Of a stretch of 64,000 bases of DNA, positions 38,823 through 48,076 are shown piece after piece (position 1 is the stretch's first letter; every line of letters begins with the position of its first letter). The position numbers and the translations under genes were made by a program. Under the pieces are notes generated by a model. The model was not told the DNA's origin. It searched no databases and saw only the letters and a list, made by a program, of their open reading frames with translations. This DNA comes from an uncultured Clostridia bacterium (GTDB lineage: Bacteria > Bacillota > Clostridia > Christensenellales > UBA1242), in contig CALWGY010000005.1 in the NCBI GenBank assembly GCA_944380265.1, forward strand, positions 2,878 through 66,877, read 5' to 3'.

Positions 38823-40523
38823 ATGGCAAAAGTTAATTTAATTATTGATGGTGTTAATGTTGAAGCCGATTCGTCCGACACAATTTTGTCTGCTGCAAAA
38901 AAAGCAGGAATAATAATTCCAACTTTGTGTTACTTGAAAGATATTAACTGTGATGGTGCATGCAGGGTTTGCGTTGTTGAATGCAAAGGCAAAAAGAATT
39001 TGATAACCGCGTGCAACACACCAGTAAGTGATGGAATGGAAATTGAAACTTGCAACCCAAAAGTTTTGGAAGCAAGAAAAACCAACATTGAGTTATTACT
39101 TTCAAATCACAACAAAAATTGTTTAACCTGTGGCAAAAACCTAAATTGCAAGTTGCAACAATACAGTTATGAGTTTGGTTGTGAAGAAGGAAAAATTAAT
39201 GGTGTTAAAAACAACTATGAACTAGACCTTAGTTCGCCATGCATTGTTAGAGATAATAACAAATGTATTTTGTGCGGAAGGTGTGTTCAAGTTTGCAAAA
39301 ACATTCAGGCAACAAGCGCAATCCAAAAACAAAAACGCGGGTTTAACACAATGATTGACTGTGCGTTTGACAAACCAATTAACGAATCTAATTGTGTTGG
39401 TTGTGGTCAGTGTGTTTTGGTTTGCCCAACTGGTGCACTTCTTGAAAAAAGCAACATTAAAAAAGTTATGGAATTTTTAAGTAATCCAAAAAATGTTGTT
39501 ATTGCACAAGTTGCACCATCTGTTAGGGTTGCAATAAATGAAGAATTTGGTTATCCAATTGGCACCTTTAACGAAGGTAAATTGGTTACAGCATTAAAAC
39601 GTATTGGGTTTAACAAAGTGTTTGATGTTAACGTTGGTGCCGATTTCACTGTTATTGAAGAAAGCGAAGAATTAATTGAAAGAATTAAAACCAACACTTT
39701 AATTCCGCAATTTAGCAGTTGTTGCCCAGCATGGGTTAAATACGTAAAACTTCATTACCCAAACTATGTTAAAAATTTGTCAACTTGCAAAAGCCCAAAC
39801 GAAATGCTTGGTGCTGTTATTAAAAATTATTACGCAAAACAAAACAACATTCCACTTGAAAACATAAAAGTTGTGGCAATTATGCCATGCACTGCAAAAA
39901 AAATGGAAATTGAAGATGATGAAGATGTTGATGCAGTTTTAACAACACGCGAACTTGCAACATTTATTAAATATAAAAATTTAAGTTTTACTCATTTGCT
40001 AGAAACGCAGTTTGATAATCCACTTGGGCACTATTCAGGTGCAGGTTTAATTTTTGGAGCAACTGGCGGTGTTACGGAAGCGGTGCTTAGAACCGCGGTT
40101 GACAAACTAACAAACAAAGACAATTCAAATGTGGATTTTAAAATTGTAAGACAAGGCGATGGCATTAAGGAAACCGAACTTAATGTTGATGGAATAACCC
40201 TTAAACTTTGCGTGGTTAGTGGACTAAAAAATGCTCAAACTGTTATGGAACAAATTGCAAGCGGAAAAAAGCACTTTCATTTTGTTGAAGTTATGGCATG
40301 CCCAGGTGGTTGTGTTAATGGTGGCGGACAACCTTTTGTTGACTATACAAAATATGACTATTACCAAATTGCAAAAATGCGTGCAAAAGGACTTTATGAA
40401 TTTGATGCAAAACTAACCGACCGCAAAAGCCACAAAAACACATTTGTAACCGAAATTTACGATAAGTTTTTGTTGCCAAACAAGTTAAACCACAAGTTGT
40501 TGCATCACGAACATAAAATTTAG
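38823..40523 (+). CDS. hydA: [FeFe]-hydrogenase catalytic subunit HydA (multi-cluster, bifurcating group A3-like architecture)
   Basis: N-terminal 2Fe-2S ferredoxin fold, ferredoxin-type Cys clusters, and H-cluster motifs SSCCPAW, MPCTAKKMEIE and EVMACPGGCVNGGGQP. Confidence 0.92.
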   Translation: MAKVNLIIDGVNVEADSSDTILSAAKKAGIIIPTLCYLKDINCDGACRVCVVECKGKKNLITACNTPVSDGMEIETCNPKVLEARKTNIELLLSNHNKNCLTCGKNLNCKLQQYSYEFGCEEGKINGVKNNYELDLSSPCIVRDNNKCILCGRCVQVCKNIQATSAIQKQKRGFNTMIDCAFDKPINESNCVGCGQCVLVCPTGALLEKSNIKKVMEFLSNPKNVVIAQVAPSVRVAINEEFGYPIGTFNEGKLVTALKRIGFNKVFDVNVGADFTVIEESEELIERIKTNTLIPQFSSCCPAWVKYVKLHYPNYVKNLSTCKSPNEMLGAVIKNYYAKQNNIPLENIKVVAIMPCTAKKMEIEDDEDVDAVLTTRELATFIKYKNLSFTHLLETQFDNPLGHYSGAGLIFGATGGVTEAVLRTAVDKLTNKDNSNVDFKIVRQGDGIKETELNVDGITLKLCVVSGLKNAQTVMEQIASGKKHFHFVEVMACPGGCVNGGGQPFVDYTKYDYYQIAKMRAKGLYEFDAKLTDRKSHKNTFVTEIYDKFLLPNKLNHKLLHHEHKI

Positions 40524-40534
40524 GATAAAAAACA

Positions 40535-40558
40535 AAAAGAGGGTCACCCCTCTTTTTG
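40535..40558 (+). terminator. Rho-independent terminator after hydA
   Basis: AAGAGGG-TCAC-CCCTCTT followed by a T-run. Confidence 0.7.
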
Positions 40559-40719
40559 TTTCCCCTAACATTTTGTTTCCTAGTTACAATACTTACTCCT
40601 AAAACAAATGTATATCATTATAATACCCAAATGCGAAACACGTGTCAACACATTTGGGTTATATTTTGTTTACAAATGTGTAATAAACTATACATATAAA
40701 AAAATTTAGGATTTTTAAT

Positions 40720-41019
40720 ATGGATATTTTAGAAAAAATTACAAAACTTAGGTTAGAGCGTGGCTGGTCGATTTACAAACTTGCCGATGAAGCTGGTTTA
40801 ACACAATCCACAGTTTCAAATATGTTTTCCAGAAAAACCACCCCAAGCATTTCAACACTTTCACAAATTTGTGATGCTTTTGGTTTAACATTATCTCAGT
40901 TTTTTAATGAAGATGAAGGTGTTGATGCTAATGAACAATATGTGCTTAGCATGTATAAAAAATTAAACACCAAAAACAAAAATGCAGTTAAAAACTTAAT
41001 TAAAAATTTGTTAGATTAA
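40720..41019 (+). CDS. XRE-family helix-turn-helix transcriptional regulator
   Basis: LRLERGWSIYKLADEAGLTQSTVSNMFSRKTTPSISTLSQICDAFGLTLSQFF is a classical HTH_3 domain. Confidence 0.8.
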   Translation: MDILEKITKLRLERGWSIYKLADEAGLTQSTVSNMFSRKTTPSISTLSQICDAFGLTLSQFFNEDEGVDANEQYVLSMYKKLNTKNKNAVKNLIKNLLD

Positions 41020-41062
41020 AATTTGAAATTAATATTAAAATTTAAAATCAAAAAATTGATGT

Positions 41063-41100
41063 AAAAAACGAACCAGTTAAAACCACTGGTTCGTTTTTTA
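41063..41100. terminator. Bidirectional terminator between convergent genes
   Basis: ACGAACCAGT-TAAAACC-ACTGGTTCGT flanked by an A-run and a T-run. Confidence 0.7.
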
Positions 41101-41115
41101 ATGTTTAAAAGTTGT

Positions 41116-43176
41116 TTAATTTTTATGTTTTTCCAAATATTCCTTAACTGGTTTGCAAGGCTCTAAACTGTAAAGCAAATATAAATGATGAAGGGCACGT
41201 GATGTTGAAATATACAAGTTTTGATATTCAAATTCGGAACAATAATTTTTTGCACTTGCATTTGGTATTATAACGCAATCAAATTCTAGCCCCTTGCTTT
41301 GAAACGATGGAACAACAATTAATCCGTTTGGCAGCGTTACCGATTTTGCATTAATTGTTTCAACTGGCATAACCTTTCTTAAAATGTTTAAGTAGTGGTC
41401 ACATTCGGTTTGGTCTTTGGTTATTATTGCAATGTTTTTGTAGTTTTTGTCCTTTATTTCTTCTAGTATGTTTTTAATTTGTTCAACAAATTGCTGGTTG
41501 TTTTCAGTCTTTATAATTTTTGGTTTGTTTCCGCCACGGCGGATCATTGTAACATCTTCGCGCCCACCAATAAGGTTGCAAAGTTCTCCAATTTCTTCGC
41601 TTGTTCGGTAACATTTGTTAATTGTTAAAAACACCGAGTTATCAAACAAACTGTGCAGTTGCAAAATTGCTTTTTTGCTTTCGCGTGGGCTAATGCTTTG
41701 ACCATAGTCGCCCAAAATTGTTTTTGAACATGGATACAAAATGTTTAAAATTTTAAATTGCATTGGGGAATAGTCCTGCATTTCATCAACCACCAAGTGT
41801 TGAATAGATGTAAAACTTGAAAGCCCTTCCAAATAGTTGTCAATTAGCATTATTGGAAAAGCATCTTCATATTTTAGTTTGTTGTTAACCTTTGAAAATG
41901 TGAAATTGTTTTGCTTTAAAAAATCTTTATATAGCATTATGTTAAGGTTTTTTGGAGTTAAATACTTAACATATCTTTCAACCGCAACATTGGTTTTTCT
42001 TTCGTTATAATCAAAATCCCACAAAGCACTTTTAACTGCAAGTTGACCTTTAATTTTGTTTTTAATTTGCCAAAATGGAAGGTTATAGTATGTTTTAAAA
42101 ACTTCAATTATGCTTTCTTTTTCCATTCTAAAATTTTCTTTAACAAAATCGGAAAACAACAAATATTTAAAAATGTTATCTGTTAAAAAATTTTCAAGGT
42201 CACGCACAATACCAATTGAGTTTTTGTATGCAACATCGGGTGGAAGTTTTCTTAAATGTAGCAATCGTTCATATTGTTCGGCTTTGGTTTCAACTTGTGT
42301 TTTGCGTTCGTAAAAGTAGTCGTTAACAATTTTGTCGAAGTTAATGCTTTTAATGTTGTCTTCACCCATTTCTGGAAGCACGTTGGAAATGTAATCTTCA
42401 AAAACCGTGTTGGGTGACAAAATTTGAATGTTGTTTGAATTTAAAATGTTTCGTTGCCTATAAAGTAAAAATGCAATGCGGTGAAGGGCAATGCTGGTTT
42501 TTCCGCTTCCTGCCACCCCTTGAACAATAACATTTGTTTTGTATGGCATTCTAATTATGTTGTTTTGTTCCTTTTGAATTGTGGAAACCACGTTTTTCAT
42601 TTTTTCACTTGTGTTGTGTGAAAGTGCTTCCTGCAAAATTTCATCATCAATTTTTAAGGAACTATCAATAACATATTGTAACTTTCCGTGTTCAATTTTA
42701 ATTTGATTTTTTGCTAGTAATTGAACTTTATGTTCTTCATTTTCAACAAAGTATGATGCTTTTCCAATTTCGTAGTCGTAAAACAGGCTTGAAATTGGTG
42801 CACGCCAGTCCAAAATGAATGGTGCAGGTGGGTCGTTAAAACCCATAAGCCCAATGTAAAGCGTTTGTTCTTTTTCGTTTTCTTTAATTTTAATTTTGCC
42901 ATAGTATGGACTGTCTAGCATTTTTTGAAGGTTTCGTAACATTTTAAACACAACCATATAGTCTTCAATTGTTTCGTTGTATATGGTGTTGTTTAAAGCC
43001 TTTTCCACGTCGTCCATATCGGTGATGGAATCCCAGAATTCGGCTCGGTTTTTAAGTCCTTTTTGTAAGTAGTATTCTTTTTCGTTTTGCAAAATTCCAA
43101 TTTTGTTTTGCACTGCTTGCAAGGTTTCATCTAGCACTAGTTTTTCTTGTTTAACTTGGTTACTATCCATTTCCAC
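41116..43176 (-). CDS. helD: HelD-type (helicase IV-like) UvrD superfamily 1 helicase / RNA polymerase recycling factor
   Basis: Walker A VQGVAGSGKTSIALHRIAFLLY, VVDEMQDYSP, and C-terminal SKGLEFD...LYISTSRA; the N-terminal domain is HelD-like. Confidence 0.8.
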   Translation of the reverse strand: MEMDSNQVKQEKLVLDETLQAVQNKIGILQNEKEYYLQKGLKNRAEFWDSITDMDDVEKALNNTIYNETIEDYMVVFKMLRNLQKMLDSPYYGKIKIKENEKEQTLYIGLMGFNDPPAPFILDWRAPISSLFYDYEIGKASYFVENEEHKVQLLAKNQIKIEHGKLQYVIDSSLKIDDEILQEALSHNTSEKMKNVVSTIQKEQNNIIRMPYKTNVIVQGVAGSGKTSIALHRIAFLLYRQRNILNSNNIQILSPNTVFEDYISNVLPEMGEDNIKSINFDKIVNDYFYERKTQVETKAEQYERLLHLRKLPPDVAYKNSIGIVRDLENFLTDNIFKYLLFSDFVKENFRMEKESIIEVFKTYYNLPFWQIKNKIKGQLAVKSALWDFDYNERKTNVAVERYVKYLTPKNLNIMLYKDFLKQNNFTFSKVNNKLKYEDAFPIMLIDNYLEGLSSFTSIQHLVVDEMQDYSPMQFKILNILYPCSKTILGDYGQSISPRESKKAILQLHSLFDNSVFLTINKCYRTSEEIGELCNLIGGREDVTMIRRGGNKPKIIKTENNQQFVEQIKNILEEIKDKNYKNIAIITKDQTECDHYLNILRKVMPVETINAKSVTLPNGLIVVPSFQSKGLEFDCVIIPNASAKNYCSEFEYQNLYISTSRALHHLYLLYSLEPCKPVKEYLEKHKN

Positions 43177-43419
43177 CTCTCTACTATTAAATTTTAGGAC
43201 TAAAAAAGTGCTAAAAACACCAAAATAACCGATTTTTTTGACATTTTCAGCACAAAAATTAGCGGTGTTAGTTTAACATATAAAATTTGTTTAGTCAATT
43301 GTTTATTAATATTTAATATATTAATAATTTTTTTAAAGTAATTTTTTAAAAGATAAATAGTAAAATTTTGTTTGTTTTTTAACATTTAAAGGTGCTAACA
43401 TATGCTTAGGAGAAAACGT

Positions 43420-44043
43420 ATGAAAGTTATAAATTTAAAAACTTGGGAACGAAAAGATTTTTATAATTGCTTTAAAAAAGATTTAGTGCCAATGTATGGC
43501 ATAACAACAAAGTTTGATGTTACAAATGTTTACAATTTTGCAAAACAAAACGGCATTTCGTTTTACTTTGCATTAGGTCACATTTTTTATTCAGCATTAA
43601 AAGATGTGGAAGAATTTAACATTAGGGTTGTAAAACGCAAATTGGTTGTTATGGAAAACAATGTGCTTTCGTTTACGTGCATTAAACCAAACGAAACAAT
43701 GTTTAAGTTTGTTGATGTTGAATATGATGCGGACATTGTTAAATTTTGTGAAAATGCAAGAAAAGTTGAGCAAAATCAAACAGGACTTTTTGGTAATTTG
43801 AAAAATCCAAAATATGGTGTGTTTTTTAGTTGCACACCATGGTTTGAATTTAGCGCCATGACAAACCCAAGGTCAAAATCAAAAAACGATTTTATTCCAC
43901 GCATTGTGTGGGACAAAATTAAAACCGAAAACGGCAAAAAATTTTTAAATGTTTCAATTGAAGTTAACCATCGCATAATTGATGGTTTGCTTATTTCAAA
44001 ACTGATTGCAAACACAAAGCAATTAATTGCAAACTTAAAATAA
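43420..44043 (+). CDS. Chloramphenicol acetyltransferase (CAT, type A)-like protein
   Basis: WERKDFYNCF near the N-terminus, FFSCTPWFEFSAMTNP, and VNHRIIDGLL, which aligns with the CAT HHAVCDG catalytic motif (His and Asp retained). AGGAG lies 7 nt before the ATG at 43420. Confidence 0.7.
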   Translation: MKVINLKTWERKDFYNCFKKDLVPMYGITTKFDVTNVYNFAKQNGISFYFALGHIFYSALKDVEEFNIRVVKRKLVVMENNVLSFTCIKPNETMFKFVDVEYDADIVKFCENARKVEQNQTGLFGNLKNPKYGVFFSCTPWFEFSAMTNPRSKSKNDFIPRIVWDKIKTENGKKFLNVSIEVNHRIIDGLLISKLIANTKQLIANLK

Positions 44044-44073
44044 AAATCAAATATAAAAAAATAAACTTTTGCA

Positions 44074-44102
44074 TTGACTTATAAATTTTAAAATGATATA
44101 AC
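44074..44102 (+). promoter_or_regulatory. Candidate sigma-A promoter for the pheST leader
   Basis: TTGACT (44074-44079), a 17-nt spacer ending in TG, then TATACA (44097-44102). Confidence 0.45.
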
Positions 44103-44104
44103 AT

Positions 44105-44365
44105 TAAAAGTTGAATAAAAACTGTGAATGTGTGTAAGTAGCAATAATTTTTCATTACAGAAAATGTTGGTCGGCGGCTGAGAGCCAACAATGTTCAAAA
44201 TTATTTGTGAATTTCAGCACAGGAGTTGCCTTACGAGAAACTAAGTTTGGCCGGAGAAAACCGTAAAAACAAAAATCAAGATTAAAAAACAAACTTGTGT
44301 TTTTTAATAAATTTAGGTGGTACCACGTTAAAACAAACGTCCTAAAACTTGGGGCGTTTTTTGTT
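44105..44365 (+). ncRNA. T-box riboswitch leader, Phe specifier (UUC), with terminator
   Basis: T-box sequence AATTTAGGTGGTACCACG (GGTGGTACCACG at 44315-44326). The candidate specifier TTC at 44212-44214 is followed by A. The terminator AAACGTCC...GGGCGTTT plus T-run lies at 44334-44365, immediately upstream of pheS. Confidence 0.8.
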
Positions 44366-44388
44366 TTTAAAATTTAAGGAGAAAAAAC

Positions 44389-45420
44389 ATGAAACAAACA
44401 CTTGAACAAATTAAAAAAGATTTCAATTTAGAACTTGGCAATGTTAAAACACTTTCAGATGCCGAAAATTTGAGAGTTAAGTTTTTGGGTAAAAAAGGTG
44501 CAATAACTGCGGTTATGCCAATGCTAAGAGATGTTCCAGCTGAACAAAAACGTGAAATGGGCATGCTTTTAAATGAAGTTAAAAACCATGTTCAAAACAG
44601 TTTAGATGAAAAAATTAAACAACTAAACGAACAAGAAATTGAAAATCAAATTAATTCTGCCGAAAAAATTGACATAACCATGCCAGTTAATTTGGGCGTT
44701 GGCTCACTTCACCCACGAACAATAATTCAAAAGGAAGTGGAAGATGTGTTCATTTCAATGGGTTTTGTTGTTGACACTGGCAACGAAGTTGAAACCGAGT
44801 TTAACAACTTTGATGCGGTAAATGTTCCATCTTCGCACCCAGCACGTGATGTGCAGGACACTTTTTGGCTAACAAATGGTGAAGTGCTAAAAACTCACAC
44901 TTCGGCAGCACAAAACCGAATTTTGAAAAAGTATGGCACAAATGCACGTGTAATTTTCCCAGGTCGTTGTTTTAGAAACGAAGCAGTTGATGCAGGGCAC
45001 GAAAACACTTTCTTTCAAATTGAAGGCGTTATTGTTAACGAAAATGTTAGTGTTGCAAATTTGATTTACTTTATGAAGGAAATGCTTTCAAAAGTGTTCA
45101 AAAAAGAAGTTGAAGTAAGGCTTCGTCCAGGATTTTTCCCATTTACCGAGCCAAGTTTTGAAATGGACGTTAAGTGCCCATTCTGTGGTGGAAAAGGTTG
45201 CCCAACTTGTGGCGGAAGCGGTTGGATTGAACTTTGCCCATGCGGAATGATTCATCCAAATGTGCTAAAAATGGCAGGAATTGATTCCAACAAATATAGT
45301 GGTTGCGCATTTGGTTTGGGGTTTGATAGGTTGGTTATGATTAAGTCTGGGTTAAACGACATTAGGGTGCTTAACAGCGGAAACTTGAAAATTTTAAAAC
45401 CTTTCAAACTAAACATTTAA
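44389..45420 (+). CDS. pheS: Phenylalanine--tRNA ligase alpha subunit
   Basis: HPARDVQDTFW, FPGRCFRNE, FFPFTEPSFE, and GCAFGLGFDRL class II motifs. Confidence 0.95.
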   Translation: MKQTLEQIKKDFNLELGNVKTLSDAENLRVKFLGKKGAITAVMPMLRDVPAEQKREMGMLLNEVKNHVQNSLDEKIKQLNEQEIENQINSAEKIDITMPVNLGVGSLHPRTIIQKEVEDVFISMGFVVDTGNEVETEFNNFDAVNVPSSHPARDVQDTFWLTNGEVLKTHTSAAQNRILKKYGTNARVIFPGRCFRNEAVDAGHENTFFQIEGVIVNENVSVANLIYFMKEMLSKVFKKEVEVRLRPGFFPFTEPSFEMDVKCPFCGGKGCPTCGGSGWIELCPCGMIHPNVLKMAGIDSNKYSGCAFGLGFDRLVMIKSGLNDIRVLNSGNLKILKPFKLNI

Positions 45421-45430
45421 GGAGTAAGTT

Positions 45431-47809
45431 ATGAGAATTTCTATTAATTGGATTAAGGATTTCGTTGATCTTGACGGAATTGAAACAGAAGAACTTATTA
45501 AACGTTTTAATTTGGCAACAGCCGAAATTGAAGATGTTTTTTATATGGGACAAAACACAAAGCATGTTGTGCTTGCAAAAATTTTGAGTGTAGAAAATCA
45601 TCCAAAAAGCGACCATTTGCACATTTTAAAGGTTGACGATGGTTCAAGTGAACCTGTGCAAGTTGTGTGCGGTGCGCCAAATGTTAGGGTGGGCATGGTT
45701 ACTGCTTTTGCCCAAGTTGGTGCAAGTGTTAATGGTTACAAAATTAGCAAAGCAAAACTTGTTGGTGTTGAAAGTTTTGGAATGTGTTGCAGTGAAGAAG
45801 AACTTGGCATTGGAAGCGACAACAGCGGAATTATGGACATAAAAACAAACAAAAAAATGGGCACAGAGTTAAGTGAAGTTTTTCCAATTAACGATGTTGT
45901 GTTTGAAATTGACAACAAGTCGCTAACAAACCGCCCAGATTTGTGGGGGCACTATGGCATTGCACGTGAGTTTGCAGCAATTTTTGATAGAAAACTAAAA
46001 CCTTTGGAAGTTGATGACCTAAAACAATATGAAAAATTAAGCAAATTAAGCATTAAGGTTGAAAGTGAAAATTGTTATCGTTACAGCGGAATTGCAGTTG
46101 ATAACGTAACAGAAAAACGCAGTCCAATGGAAATGAAAATTAGGCTTAATTACTGCGGAATGCGTGATATTAACTTGCTTGCCGACATGACAAACTATTT
46201 AATGCTTGAACTTGGCCAACCAATGCATGCGTTTGACCACAGCATTGTTGGTGGCATTGTTGTAACCGAACCAGAAAAAGAAATTGACATGTTAACACTT
46301 GAAGGTGGTGTGCACAAAGTTGCACCACACAGTGTGGTTATTTGTGATGAAAAACGTGTGCCAGTTGCCATTGCCGGAATTAAGGGCGGACTAAAATCGG
46401 GCATAACAGACCAAACAAATTCGTTACTTTTGGAAAGTGCAACATTCAATGCTGTTGCAATAAGAAAAGCAGTTAAAAAAATTGGGCTTACAACCGATGC
46501 TTCTGTTAGATACGAAAAATCGTTAGACCCAGAACTAACAACTGTTGCCATTGCAAGGCTTCTTAAAATTTTAAAACAAATTGATGGCGGAATTAGGGTT
46601 TCTTCATCACTTACCGATGTTTATAACTTTAAATATCCAACACACAAAATTGATGTTGATTACGAATTTTTAAACAAACGCAGTGGTGTTAAACTTGAAA
46701 AAGAAAAAGTTAACAAAATTTTAACCAGTTTGGGTTTTGAAATTAAGCAAAATGGCGAAAGTTTGAGTGTTTTGGTTCCTTCTTGGCGTGGAACAAAAGA
46801 TGTTTCTATTAAAGAAGATTTGGTGGAAGAAGTGCTTAGAATGTATGGCTACGACAACATTGTGCCACAAAGCATGAACTTTAATTTGATGCCTGTTGAA
46901 CAAGAAAAAGAGCATGTTAACGAATATGCTGTTAAAAGATTACTTGCCGAAAAATATGGTGTGTCGGAAGTTCATTCACACATTTGGAACTATGTTGATT
47001 TTAACAAAGCAAACCACATTGATGAAGTTAGTTATGTTTCACTATTAGACAGTTCCAACAGCGGACAATCTGGCATTAGAAGCAAACTTGTTCCAACTCT
47101 TTTAAGGTTTGTTAGTGAAAACAAAAACAACTTTAACGATGTTAGAATGTGTGAAATTGGCAGAGTTGTTAGTGGGCTAGACAAAAACAATTTGGCAATT
47201 GAAAACCATATGCTTGCAATTTGCCTTGCAAGCACCACAAAAACCGAAAAAGAACTTTATTTTGAACTAAAAACAATGTTAAACAACATTTGCGAATCGT
47301 TGCTTGCAACCAAAGTTGACTATGTTGAAGGTAAAACTTCAAATTATTATCACCCAATTAACAGCAACTTAATTGCACTAAAAAATGGCACAGTTATTGG
47401 CGAAATGGGTGTTAACCACCCAAAAGTTAAGGAAGGTGTTTGCCCAAAACACAACCTTGTTAGTTTGGAACTTGATTTCGAAAAACTTTGTGCTGCCGAA
47501 GAAGTTAAAACTGTTAGGGATAAAGTTAGCAAATATCAAAGTGTTGCACTAGACTTTTCGTTTATGGTGCCAAACACAATTAACTACGCAAAACTAGAAA
47601 ACATTATTGAAACATTCAAAACAAAACTAAACATGACATATTCGTTAAAAGATGTTTACCATAATGAAAGCATGAAAAACGAAAAAAGTTACACATTCAA
47701 TTTTGTTATTGGTTCCATGGATAGAACACTTGAAACAAAAGACATTGAAAAGTTTTCTAATTCCTTAATTGAACACTTTAAACAAAACGGAATTGAACTT
47801 AAAATTTAA
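45431..47809 (+). CDS. pheT: Phenylalanine--tRNA ligase beta subunit
   Basis: MRISINWIKDFVDL start, tRNA-binding domain (HPKSDHLHILKVD), B3/4 and B5 regions (TNRPDLWGHYGIAREF); 792 aa. Confidence 0.95.
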   Translation: MRISINWIKDFVDLDGIETEELIKRFNLATAEIEDVFYMGQNTKHVVLAKILSVENHPKSDHLHILKVDDGSSEPVQVVCGAPNVRVGMVTAFAQVGASVNGYKISKAKLVGVESFGMCCSEEELGIGSDNSGIMDIKTNKKMGTELSEVFPINDVVFEIDNKSLTNRPDLWGHYGIAREFAAIFDRKLKPLEVDDLKQYEKLSKLSIKVESENCYRYSGIAVDNVTEKRSPMEMKIRLNYCGMRDINLLADMTNYLMLELGQPMHAFDHSIVGGIVVTEPEKEIDMLTLEGGVHKVAPHSVVICDEKRVPVAIAGIKGGLKSGITDQTNSLLLESATFNAVAIRKAVKKIGLTTDASVRYEKSLDPELTTVAIARLLKILKQIDGGIRVSSSLTDVYNFKYPTHKIDVDYEFLNKRSGVKLEKEKVNKILTSLGFEIKQNGESLSVLVPSWRGTKDVSIKEDLVEEVLRMYGYDNIVPQSMNFNLMPVEQEKEHVNEYAVKRLLAEKYGVSEVHSHIWNYVDFNKANHIDEVSYVSLLDSSNSGQSGIRSKLVPTLLRFVSENKNNFNDVRMCEIGRVVSGLDKNNLAIENHMLAICLASTTKTEKELYFELKTMLNNICESLLATKVDYVEGKTSNYYHPINSNLIALKNGTVIGEMGVNHPKVKEGVCPKHNLVSLELDFEKLCAAEEVKTVRDKVSKYQSVALDFSFMVPNTINYAKLENIIETFKTKLNMTYSLKDVYHNESMKNEKSYTFNFVIGSMDRTLETKDIEKFSNSLIEHFKQNGIELKI

Positions 47810-47813
47810 AGTT

Positions 47814-47853
47814 AAAAAAACTCTTAAAATTTGGCTTTTTTAAGAGTTTTTTT
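47814..47853 (+). terminator. Rho-independent terminator after pheT
   Basis: CTCTTAAAA ... TTTTAAGAG followed by a T-run. Confidence 0.65.
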
Positions 47854-48076
47854 GTTGTTTTTATAAGTTTTGGTTTCCATTTTTTACAATAAAAATTAGT
47901 GCTCAAAAACTTGAAATTGCACATAAAATCCAATAAATCTAGCAACACTATAATTAATATATTATATAAAATAAATTATTAAGGCTATGTTTTTGTTTTG
48001 CTGTTTAAATTTTTTTTGCTAAAATAAATTGATTTTAAAAAAACATTAAACAACAAAAGTTAAAGTTGGTGGGTAT

